From IMG/VR virus record IMGVR_UViG_3300043418_000072, positions 62,001-126,000 of that record: 64,000 nucleotides of DNA. One strand, given 5' to 3'. Every line of letters begins with the position of its first letter. The first letter of the stretch is position 1. The notes beneath the pieces were generated by a model that was not told the origin of the DNA, made no database searches, and saw only the letters and a list, made by a program, of their open reading frames with translations. The position numbers were made by a program, and so were the translations under genes. Positions 53,952 to 62,150 of this stretch are shown here, in pieces.

Positions 53952-56208
53952 CTTCGTTTACTGTAGGTTGTGGTGCGATGTCAAACGCTGATTGTGCTTC
54001 GAATGTAAACTCTTTATTAACATAGTCTACTACCATGATGGTGTTAGGACCAATGTTATCAAACAAGATTTTCTTACTCAATGGTACTTTAATCAAGTCG
54101 TTAATCTTACGTTGCACAGGGCGAGCACCCATCTTAGCATCAAAGCCTGTAGCAATGATTTCATCAATAGCCGACTCGCTCAAGCGCACTTTGATCTGAC
54201 GTTCTGCAAGCAACACGTTGATTTCGTTAACAAACTTGCTGACAATCTTGCGCATACTCAATTGGTCCAGCTTGTTGAACTTAACAATGCCGTCTAAGCG
54301 ATTGCGGAACTCTGGCTTAAAGAAGTCCTTAACTGCTTTGTCATCCTCGTCAGTCTTTTGCATACTGCGACCAAAACCAATGTTGTTACGCTCGTTTGCT
54401 GCTGCACCCAAGTTACTTGTAAGGATCACAATACAGTTACGGCAGTCAGCTTTCTTGCCGTTGCTGCTAGTAACCATACCTTCATCCATTAAGCTCAACA
54501 AGATGTTAGATACGTCGGGGTGAGCTTTTTCAATCTCATCCATTAAGATGATACTGTTAGGGCTTTTCTCAACGTCACTAATCAACATTCCGCCGCCCAA
54601 GTTGCCATCGTCGTAACCAACATAGCCAGGAGGCGCACCAATCAGTTTAGCCACGCTGTGCTTCTCTTGGTACTCGCTCATATCGTAACGCAACAGTTTC
54701 ATGCCCAAGTTCTCTGCAAGTAACTTAGCCAGTTCAGTTTTACCTGTACCAGTTGGGCCAAGGAACAAGAAGTTACCAACGGGTTTGTTCAAGCTCTTCA
54801 AGCCAGCTCGTGCCACGTAGATCTTTTCCAATACAGAATCAACCGCTTGGTCTTGTCCATACAATTTAACTTTAATGTTGCTTTCAAGGTTAGTGATTGC
54901 ACCACCATTGTTGGTATTACCAATTTGTTCAACCGGGATCTTAGTAAACTTGCTGATTGCATCCACAATATGGCTACGTGTAACAACAAAGTCCACAGTC
55001 TTAATCTTAAGACGAGCACATGTGCTGTCAATCAAGTCAATTGCTTTGTCAGGCAGCTTCTTGTCAGTTTGGTAACGAACGCTAAGATCAACTGCTGCGT
55101 CAATAGCTTCGTCTGTAATAACGCCACCATGGAATGATTCGAACTTCTCTTTGAGACCTTTAAGAATATCCTTAGCAACTGCTGGAGTTGGCTCATCAAC
55201 AGTAATACGCTGGAAACGGCGCATCAATGCACGATCCTTCTCAAAGCTCTGGCTGTATTCTTCCCAAGTTGTGCTTGCTAACACTTTGATTTGGCCTTTA
55301 GTCAATGCAGGCTTGATCATATTACCAAAGTCGACGCTGCTGTTGCTACCAGAACCTGCCCCACGCATCTGGTGCGCTTCGTCAATAAACAAAATTGCCT
55401 TGCCTTTTGCTTTGAGACCTTTAATAACGTCTTGGAACTTTTCTTCAAACTCGCCGCGGTACTTAGATCCAGCAAGCAAGCTACCAATGTCCAAGTTGTA
55501 GACAGTGTGGTCTTTCAAGTACTCAGGTACAGTGCCGTTGACAATGTTAAGGGCAAGACCTTCTGCAATGGCAGTTTTACCTACACCGGGATCGCCAATC
55601 AACAACACGTTGCTCTTGTTACGCTTAGCCAACACTTCTGCAATTTCGTCCAGCTCGTATTCGCGACCAATTACTGGATCGATGGTGCCTTCGATTGCCT
55701 GCTTGTTTAGATTAGCACAGTACTGCTCAATGAACTCGTCTGCTTTCTCTTTGCCAGCTTCTTTGCGATGTGCTTCTTCTGTATAGTGCTTGTTGTAGTA
55801 GTCGACAAGTTTTGCACGATCCATGCCGTACTTGACCATGAAGTAGTGTGCATAGGTGCTGTTCTCAGAGTGCAAGCTCAGGAACAAGTCAATGACTTGA
55901 ACGTGTGTACGTGCAGAAAATAACACTTGCGTAAATGCTCGATTAAACACACGCTCCAGCGCATGAGTCTTCTTTGGCTCAGTAACATCGGGGTTAACCA
56001 AGTCTGTTAGGCCTGCAATGTATGTTTCGAGGTCTTTGACCAAGCCATCAGTATCGATGCCGTAGCCGTAAATCAATTCATTGAATGGCTTGTATTTAAC
56101 AAGACAGAGCAACATGTGTTCTGCAACCACGTACTCGTGTTTGTGTTCTTTTGCAAGGTTTGTTGCTTCTGCAACGATGTGGTCAATTTCTGGATTAGTT
56201 TGTAGCAT
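53917..56208 (-). CDS. clpA: ClpA-like Hsp100 AAA+ ATPase
   Basis: Clp N-domain, two Walker A motifs (GDPGVGKT, GPTGTGKT), GAPPGYVG and an IGF loop (NIGFG); no ClpB middle domain. Confidence 0.88.
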   Translation of the reverse strand: MLQTNPEIDHIVAEATNLAKEHKHEYVVAEHMLLCLVKYKPFNELIYGYGIDTDGLVKDLETYIAGLTDLVNPDVTEPKKTHALERVFNRAFTQVLFSARTHVQVIDLFLSLHSENSTYAHYFMVKYGMDRAKLVDYYNKHYTEEAHRKEAGKEKADEFIEQYCANLNKQAIEGTIDPVIGREYELDEIAEVLAKRNKSNVLLIGDPGVGKTAIAEGLALNIVNGTVPEYLKDHTVYNLDIGSLLAGSKYRGEFEEKFQDVIKGLKAKGKAILFIDEAHQMRGAGSGSNSSVDFGNMIKPALTKGQIKVLASTTWEEYSQSFEKDRALMRRFQRITVDEPTPAVAKDILKGLKEKFESFHGGVITDEAIDAAVDLSVRYQTDKKLPDKAIDLIDSTCARLKIKTVDFVVTRSHIVDAISKFTKIPVEQIGNTNNGGAITNLESNIKVKLYGQDQAVDSVLEKIYVARAGLKSLNKPVGNFLFLGPTGTGKTELAKLLAENLGMKLLRYDMSEYQEKHSVAKLIGAPPGYVGYDDGNLGGGMLISDVEKSPNSIILMDEIEKAHPDVSNILLSLMDEGMVTSSNGKKADCRNCIVILTSNLGAAANERNNIGFGRSMQKTDEDDKAVKDFFKPEFRNRLDGIVKFNKLDQLSMRKIVSKFVNEINVLLAERQIKVRLSESAIDEIIATGFDAKMGARPVQRKINDLIKVPLSKKILFDNIGPNTIMVVDYVNKEFTFEAQSAFDIAPQPTVNEDGFIVLDQTKS

Positions 56209-57040
56209 CTTGATTTTTAGTTAGTTGACGAATGGCTTCTACCTGAGTTTCTGTTAAATTTGTTGGAACAGTGATATTTGCAATCAAATACAAATTACCC
56301 CTGTTGGATTGATTTAGCGCATAAAGACCCTGTCCTCCAATTTTAAATTTAGTCCCGGGCTGCGTACCTTGTGGTACTGTGAGACTAAAAGTTCGGTTGT
56401 CTAAAGTGGTAAACTCTTTGCTACATCCAATTATAGCATCAAGGCAATCAATGTCAATGGATGTGAACAAATCAATTCCGTTAATTTGGAATCTCGGGTG
56501 CGGCATAACAACAATATTAACATACAAATCGCCACGCGGCAATGTGGTAAAAAGGTTGTCGCCGAGACCCGGATACTTAATGCTGCTGTCTGAGTATACA
56601 CCACGCGGGATTTCGATATCAACTACTTGGTCTGATGTTGACCGGTTTGTATTGATATTCAGTGTGCGCTTTTGAACTTCCAATGTTTCTGCTAAGTTTA
56701 TTTGCACAGTAACTCGAATGTCTCGGTTACGCTGTTGGCGCTGTTGGAATCCGGCACCATTAAATGCAAACCCAAAATTACGCATTAGGTCATTGATATC
56801 CATATTGCCGGTATTAAAGCCGTGCTGTCTATTGCCAAATGGGTTACTGCGTTCAGCATCGTATTGCTCACGCTTTTCGGGAGTTTCAATCGCTGCGTAT
56901 GCTGCTTGGATTTCTTGGAACTTAGCTGTGTTGCCACCTTTGTCGGGATGGTTCTTGCTGGCAAGACTGCGATATGCCTTTTTGATATCGTCTTGTGTTG
57001 CCGACTCGGTTAAGCCAAGCGTTTCATAGTGAGTTGACAT
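56195..57040 (-). CDS. DnaJ-class (type II, CbpA-like) chaperone
   Basis: J-domain with HPD, G/F region, C-terminal GDLY/GNLY domain, no Zn finger. Confidence 0.9.
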   Translation of the reverse strand: MSTHYETLGLTESATQDDIKKAYRSLASKNHPDKGGNTAKFQEIQAAYAAIETPEKREQYDAERSNPFGNRQHGFNTGNMDINDLMRNFGFAFNGAGFQQRQQRNRDIRVTVQINLAETLEVQKRTLNINTNRSTSDQVVDIEIPRGVYSDSSIKYPGLGDNLFTTLPRGDLYVNIVVMPHPRFQINGIDLFTSIDIDCLDAIIGCSKEFTTLDNRTFSLTVPQGTQPGTKFKIGGQGLYALNQSNRGNLYLIANITVPTNLTETQVEAIRQLTKNQDATN

Positions 57041-57239
57041 ATTTTAATTGATACCAAGTATAGTCTTGTTCGGGTGCAAACACTGGCGTCACCTTCGCTT
57101 CTGACCTTTTAAGGTTAAACTGTACATCTACTAGACCCGGGATTCCTAAAGCTAGAATTTCATTCCTGATTTGAAACTGCGTAGGAACATCCCATACATC
57201 ATATTGATGATTAGATAATAGTTCATAAATTGGGTTCAT
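57024..57239 (-). CDS. Hypothetical protein (start moved to MNPIY)
   Basis: AGGA RBS; C-terminal VFAPEQDYTWYQLKY. Confidence 0.55.
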   Translation of the reverse strand: MNPIYELLSNHQYDVWDVPTQFQIRNEILALGIPGLVDVQFNLKRSEAKVTPVFAPEQDYTWYQLKYVNSL

Positions 57240-57240
57240 A

Positions 57241-57287
57241 AAAAAGTCCTGTATGTATATTATACAGGACTTTCCATTTGGTGTCAA
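57241..57287 (-). promoter_or_regulatory. Consensus sigma70 promoter overlapping a 12-bp hairpin/terminator
   Basis: TTGACA-17 nt-TATAAT; AAAGTCCTGTAT/ATACAGGACTTT inverted repeat at 57243-57273 followed by a T run. Confidence 0.75.
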
Positions 57288-57290
57288 GTG

Positions 57291-57488
57291 TTACTTAGTT
57301 GGTACTTTTTCGCCTTCGACCTTCTTGTGGACCTTAATAGTCTTACAAGATTGCTTTGTGCTACCATCTTTGTTCTTAACCACTTTGCCTGCTTTGTCTT
57401 TTACTTCAGTGCAGACTTCTTTCTTTTCGCCACCAGCATGTGCGGTTAATGCACACACTGCGATTACGATTGCTAATAGATCTTTCAT
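57291..57488 (-). CDS. Small secreted Lys-rich protein with two Cys
   Basis: Signal peptide ending AHA; C...C pair. Confidence 0.65.
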   Translation of the reverse strand: MKDLLAIVIAVCALTAHAGGEKKEVCTEVKDKAGKVVKNKDGSTKQSCKTIKVHKKVEGEKVPTK

Positions 57489-57497
57489 ATTATTTCC

Positions 57498-57995
57498 TTA
57501 TAGTAATGGTTGTTCAGCTTCTGGGACAATCTTCTTGCCACTTGCTGTTGTTGCTACCACAGTCGGTGCAGCAAAGGTTGGAGTAAACGCTGCTGGTGCA
57601 GGAGTTGCAGTTGGTGCCACTGCTGGAGTCGCTGTAGATAATGTTGGGCTAGGCAAACCTGCTGCATCGGGTACTGCTGATTGTCCAGCTAACTTCTCTT
57701 GTGTACGACCATATGCACTTACGCCTAATACTGCACACATACTCACATGGAACAAGCCACCGCCTTGTAGTGTAATTGGTACCCATTGACGGAATGCATC
57801 ATTGGCCGCTTGTGTTTCCCAAAACTGCACAACGGTGAACATAATTGGGAAGATGGCAAAGTCGCATAAACAGCATGCCATGTACATAAAGGCCGCACAT
57901 GGACGCCAGTATTTCTGCATCCATTCGCCTTTGCCTACTACTTCTGTTTCGACTACTTCTACTTCTACTTCTGGTTTAGTTGATTTCTTAAACAT
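57498..57995 (-). CDS. Putative holin (3TM/GTA-holin-like)
   Basis: WRP...Y...C..DF and LG...YGRT.EK motifs; in the lysis cluster. Confidence 0.6.
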   Translation of the reverse strand: MFKKSTKPEVEVEVVETEVVGKGEWMQKYWRPCAAFMYMACCLCDFAIFPIMFTVVQFWETQAANDAFRQWVPITLQGGGLFHVSMCAVLGVSAYGRTQEKLAGQSAVPDAAGLPSPTLSTATPAVAPTATPAPAAFTPTFAAPTVVATTASGKKIVPEAEQPLL

Positions 57996-58005
57996 TGTTT
58001 ACTCC

Positions 58006-58551
58006 TTAGAACCAAAGCCAAATGCCTTGACTTAGTAAAACAATGCCAATAACAGCAACCACTTCACTAAACTTATACATCTTATTGTTAACTGACAAGA
58101 TACTTGCACTCAACAACACAATAGCCAATTGGAACGCCATGCTAGCAAACGTTAACCATGGGCTGTGCTTACTTGCTTGGTCGCGGGCAGCTTCGTATGC
58201 TTGCGCTTTTGCTAGCAATTCTTTTTTACCTTCGCCCTTGACTGGATCGCTTTCGTAACGGTCAATTTTTGCTTGCAATGATTCGGCTTTAGCCTTATCC
58301 CCGCGAGCTAGATAGTCATCACGTTGACCTTCGGCGATAGTTTGCTTGATACTCTTAGACTGGAAGAAAGCGTATGTGTCAGTTGCCTTTAACATATTCT
58401 TCAATGCTGCGCCACTGTGTATGTTTGCAAAGTATGTAGTTACCGCCATGAACAATGCCATGATAACAATCACCAAGCCTGCTTTGTCTTTAATTTGTGC
58501 TTCACGCTCCGAGCGTGATAGGGGTTTTGCTTCCTTGATTTCTTCTGCCAT
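58006..58551 (-). CDS. DUF4337-like membrane protein
   Basis: N-terminal transmembrane segment, FQSKSIKQ, FQLAIVL.S and two C-terminal transmembrane segments. Confidence 0.7.
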   Translation of the reverse strand: MAEEIKEAKPLSRSEREAQIKDKAGLVIVIMALFMAVTTYFANIHSGAALKNMLKATDTYAFFQSKSIKQTIAEGQRDDYLARGDKAKAESLQAKIDRYESDPVKGEGKKELLAKAQAYEAARDQASKHSPWLTFASMAFQLAIVLLSASILSVNNKMYKFSEVVAVIGIVLLSQGIWLWF

Positions 58552-58624
58552 CTTTGATCTCCTTTATAGTTTTAGTTCTTTGGATGCTTGTGTCCACAAT
58601 GTGGACATTCTTCTTTACGGTCGC

Positions 58625-58894
58625 TCATTTAGATACTCCCTCAAAAATTTGTTTTTGTACTCGATACCATTCCTGCCAGGTATCAACCTTTACTGCACAC
58701 TCGTAGTAGGTGCTGTAATTCTGCGTCACCGTCGCAGTCAACTCACTCAACTTCACCCCGTTCTCTACTGTCGTCAGCTGTGGACATGACTCCATAGCGG
58801 CTTTGCCCGGTTCGTCGGGGAACTTAGCCACAACCGGTGCAGTTGTGCTACATCCTGATAATAATAGTGCAAACGCGATTAACGTATATTTCAT
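58625..58894 (-). CDS. Putative o-spanin (Rz1-like lipoprotein)
   Basis: Lipobox LLSGC, Pro-rich, C...NY..Y..C; lysis cluster. Confidence 0.7.
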   Translation of the reverse strand: MKYTLIAFALLLSGCSTTAPVVAKFPDEPGKAAMESCPQLTTVENGVKLSELTATVTQNYSTYYECAVKVDTWQEWYRVQKQIFEGVSK

Positions 58895-59274
58895 TAGCAA
58901 TTCCATTTACGCAAAGCCAGTGCCTTGCGAGTTGGCTTACCGTTTTCGTCCTTCATTGGGCCTTCCATGCCACTCATTCGAGCACAGAAACTCTTACGGC
59001 GCTTGGCATCTTTGCTGTCCGGCTTTAGTTCACTAGGCTTTTTAGTGACTGCGGTTTGTAGTTTGCTGCCTGGATGCTCTCTACGATAGCTGTCAACACC
59101 CTTTTGATTTAGGCCGCCATTTTTATTCTTACCTGACTTCTTTTGCCAAGCTGCGGTTTCGTCAACGGCACTTTCTTCTGCCTTTTCACAACTACCCGGA
59201 GAATACTCCTTTGTACCAGGAACACGCTTATAACCGTCCCAACATGCTTCTGTAATAATTTCGTTAATTTTCAT
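58894..59274 (-). CDS. MKINEII-leader protein with CWDGY module and basic AAWQ..GKN..GGLN module
   Basis: Two modules joined at AVDE; RRKSFCARM...WNC C-terminus. Confidence 0.7.
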   Translation of the reverse strand: MKINEIITEACWDGYKRVPGTKEYSPGSCEKAEESAVDETAAWQKKSGKNKNGGLNQKGVDSYRREHPGSKLQTAVTKKPSELKPDSKDAKRRKSFCARMSGMEGPMKDENGKPTRKALALRKWNC

Positions 59275-59732
59275 TTAATGGCCTCGTTCTTTGCTGCGGC
59301 GTTGTGTGCTTTAACTACCGGCTCGGGGATCTTGCAGGTAGCATCATATTTGGTAACTTCACGAGTGATGTATTGTTTAACCACTACAGCCTTCTCACGA
59401 ATTACTCGAACTTTTTCCTTACTCTTCTTTGCTAGCTTATCATTGGCAGTTTTAGCTTCAGCTTCTGCTGCTGCTACTTTAACTTCCATTTCAGCAACCC
59501 GGGCACGCCATTGCGTTTCCGCTGCATACCCACCTTCGAAGTAAACACCTGCAGCCAAGGTAATTGCACTAACAAGCTGTGCTATATTAACGTAACTAGA
59601 CAACATTGGCAGAGACATAAGAATCCTGTTAACAACAAAGAAACTTAGGAATGTACCGATGATACCCGCAATTAAGATAGCGTGAACTACAAATTGCAGG
59701 AAGCTGTCGGGTAGGAAATGTAGCAACCACAT
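59271..59732 (-). CDS. Putative i-spanin (Rz-like)
   Basis: N-terminal transmembrane segments, coiled coil and C-terminal Cys; follows the endolysin. Confidence 0.65.
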   Translation of the reverse strand: MWLLHFLPDSFLQFVVHAILIAGIIGTFLSFFVVNRILMSLPMLSSYVNIAQLVSAITLAAGVYFEGGYAAETQWRARVAEMEVKVAAAEAEAKTANDKLAKKSKEKVRVIREKAVVVKQYITREVTKYDATCKIPEPVVKAHNAAAKNEAIK

Positions 59733-59733
59733 A

Positions 59734-60360
59734 TCAAGCGCCTAGTACGTGCAATGCGTGTTGGTAATGCTTAATGCGATCCTCAAGTCCAATGGTACCG
59801 CCATTAATGCGTTTAGTCAACATTAGAATGTCGCCTTTATCAGCAAATTGGTTCAAGTTGTTAGATTCCCAGAACCAAGCTGCACTTTGTACACAACCCT
59901 CAAATGTAGTTAAATGCTCGCTAGCTTCTTCTACATCAATTTCAAGACTTTGTGCATAGCGGGTGTAATTGTCTTTACCAGTTAGCTGGATTAAGCCACG
60001 CCCGCAATAGCGATATCCGTCACCCGATTCTTCTGGGCCGTTGCCCATACGGTTGGCGTAAATTCTGTTAGCAATCGCAGCTTGCTTATCTGGCATAGCG
60101 CAATAGCGAGTAGCAGTTTCGAGGTCAAAGTACTTCTTAAACAATGTCACTAGGGTAGCAGGACGATAGTTTAAGTTTTCTTTAATAGCAGTAAATCCGC
60201 CGCTTTCGTGGGCGCATTGTGCAAGGAACGCTGCAAGGCGTTGGGGTGTGTCAATATCGTAGTCCGGAAGGATTTCGCACAAGGCTTCGTGCCAATGCTC
60301 TACGTGTTTGTTACCGGGGATGATTTGTTTTAATTGGTCGAGCGACAGGTTTAAACTCAT
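59734..60360 (-). CDS. Glycoside hydrolase family 19 endolysin
   Basis: AAFLAQCAHESGG, ENLNY, GRGLIQLTGK.NY, SAAWFW and INGG..GL.DR motifs. Confidence 0.92.
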   Translation of the reverse strand: MSLNLSLDQLKQIIPGNKHVEHWHEALCEILPDYDIDTPQRLAAFLAQCAHESGGFTAIKENLNYRPATLVTLFKKYFDLETATRYCAMPDKQAAIANRIYANRMGNGPEESGDGYRYCGRGLIQLTGKDNYTRYAQSLEIDVEEASEHLTTFEGCVQSAAWFWESNNLNQFADKGDILMLTKRINGGTIGLEDRIKHYQHALHVLGA

Positions 60361-60366
60361 TGAAAA

Positions 60367-60402
60367 GCTCCTAAATAGCTACAGTATTTAGCTAGTAGGA
60401 GC
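60367..60402 (-). promoter_or_regulatory. Late-type promoter (TAAATA, 60385-60390) inside a hairpin that sequesters the endolysin RBS
   Basis: GCTCCTA-C-TAGCTA-AATACTG-TAGCTA-TT-TAGGAGC then TTTT and the ATG. Confidence 0.65.
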
Positions 60403-60411
60403 CAAAATGGA

Positions 60412-60972
60412 TTAGCGGATTCCTGCTGCGATTCTTAGAGATTCAGTGAAATCGTTCTTAGGAGCTTTAGTAGTTACTTCTACTCCTGCTGCTGCTTTCA
60501 TTTTATCAATGTCTTCTTTGCCGTATCGCTCATTGTATGATTTAGCAGATAACGGAACTAGGTCAGCGATGCTATTAACAGTTGCTTCGTGATCGGTTTC
60601 GTCTGAGCGGTAACGTACACGCCAATCTTCGATGCTCTGCTCTGTCAAGTTCATCATGTCTTGTAACAGTTTGTGTACATTCTTTGGGAGATCGTAATCG
60701 CGTTCTAATTCGACAAACACCAGGTATGCGCCGTCATCTAATTCGCCGCTACTAACATCAGCATCGATTACCCACTCGTACCCTTTTTCGCAAAAACTAA
60801 CTAGGTCTTCTGCTGGTTCTTTTGTGGCAAGTTTAAAACTTAGTACTGCAACATCTTCGTCGCGCCCTAGCTTGCTCTTGTATTCATCAATATGCAACTC
60901 AGGGTGGATAAGGCGCTTTAAGTCGCCGTACTCTAGCCCTTCTTTAAGCTGCTGGTGCTGGTGCTGGTTCAT
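60412..60972 (-). CDS. Hypothetical phage protein
   Basis: IDEYKSKLG.D.D..V.SF and DADVS.GE...YLVFVE motifs. Confidence 0.7.
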   Translation of the reverse strand: MNQHQHQQLKEGLEYGDLKRLIHPELHIDEYKSKLGRDEDVAVLSFKLATKEPAEDLVSFCEKGYEWVIDADVSSGELDDGAYLVFVELERDYDLPKNVHKLLQDMMNLTEQSIEDWRVRYRSDETDHEATVNSIADLVPLSAKSYNERYGKEDIDKMKAAAGVEVTTKAPKNDFTESLRIAAGIR

Positions 60973-61510
60973 TACCTGGTCCTTGTTGTGGATTTACTTG
61001 TTCTGCGTTGCCGGTCTTGTACATCTTATCGTCTTGACCAGTTTCATATGCTTGCTCAATGTCTTCCATATCGATACTACCAGACTCAAGTTCCAAGCTA
61101 CCTTGGTGGATTTCTTGCATAAGCGTCTTAGGCATTACAATCTTAACTAACCAAACCGGGCTCTCGCCTTTCTTAGGCACCTTCGTTCCGGGCTTAAAGT
61201 CGTTGGGGTTTTTAACTTTAATCGGATATTCTAGAGTGTCTCGCTTGTAATAGACTTCGCAGTTATATTCTACTAGGCGCTCTGCTGCACGTGGGTCGGG
61301 CATAAATTTGTGCGGCCACATAAACGTGCAAGTAACAAAGTACTTCTCGTAGATTGGGCCTTCTACTAACTCCCCGTTCTTCCAGTTTTTAAACGCATAC
61401 AAGTCTAACTCGTCAATTACACGTTCAAAGTCCATAAGGGTAGCTAATGCACTGTCTGTCATAGTCAGTGTTTTTGTATTGTTAATTACATCTTTAATGC
61501 TCTGAGCCAT
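60944..61510 (-). CDS. Hypothetical phage protein
   Basis: DFERV.D..DLY.FKNW..GELV.GP and MPDP motifs; TAAATA upstream. Confidence 0.75.
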   Translation of the reverse strand: MAQSIKDVINNTKTLTMTDSALATLMDFERVIDELDLYAFKNWKNGELVEGPIYEKYFVTCTFMWPHKFMPDPRAAERLVEYNCEVYYKRDTLEYPIKVKNPNDFKPGTKVPKKGESPVWLVKIVMPKTLMQEIHQGSLELESGSIDMEDIEQAYETGQDDKMYKTGNAEQVNPQQGPGNEPAPAPAA

Positions 61511-61514
61511 TGTT

Positions 61515-62150
61515 TTATTCCGCTTTTGTATTATTTAGCCCGCTTGCTGTTCTAACTACAAGGTCTAATGGCTGATCCCCTACTGCGGAAAAATACTTAG
61601 CATTGGGATCTTGTGACAATATTTCATCTAGCTTAACTGGATCGACATGCACCGGAAACTCTAGCTGTTTAGCAATACTCTTAATATAATTTGCTTTATA
61701 CAAATACAATAACTCAGTGCTTAGGTATACTGGATTGTGTCCCATTAAATATGGAATAGCTTTTTCAAAGTGCGGTAAAGTAATCTGTCCGCGCAATCTA
61801 GTCTGCTGATGCTCTAAGATGTTTTTGTCTCTACCAATTATTGCAAATTTTAAGTTATACCCTATGTCTTTTGCTGCGTTAACAAAACCTTTATAATCCG
61901 GGATTGATACGCTTCCTTTATACATATAGGGGCAGCTTATGCTAGTAAACGCAAACTTATCAAACTGTATGTCTTTAAGTGAGAGAGGCCGACGCCAAGC
62001 TTCGGCAAATGGTTCTTGATCGTGTGGCGCCCAGTAATTATTTGTTAGATAGTCCCACCCAAACACATTTGCATTGGCTGCAAATATTTTTGAAAATAAA
62101 TGATTCCCGGACCCCTGGGGGCCGGTTATCACCAATAAGGTTTTTGACAT
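61515..62150 (-). CDS. P-loop/sulfotransferase-like protein
   Basis: ITGPQGSGNH and IIGRD motifs. Confidence 0.5.
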   Translation of the reverse strand: MSKTLLVITGPQGSGNHLFSKIFAANANVFGWDYLTNNYWAPHDQEPFAEAWRRPLSLKDIQFDKFAFTSISCPYMYKGSVSIPDYKGFVNAAKDIGYNLKFAIIGRDKNILEHQQTRLRGQITLPHFEKAIPYLMGHNPVYLSTELLYLYKANYIKSIAKQLEFPVHVDPVKLDEILSQDPNAKYFSAVGDQPLDLVVRTASGLNNTKAE

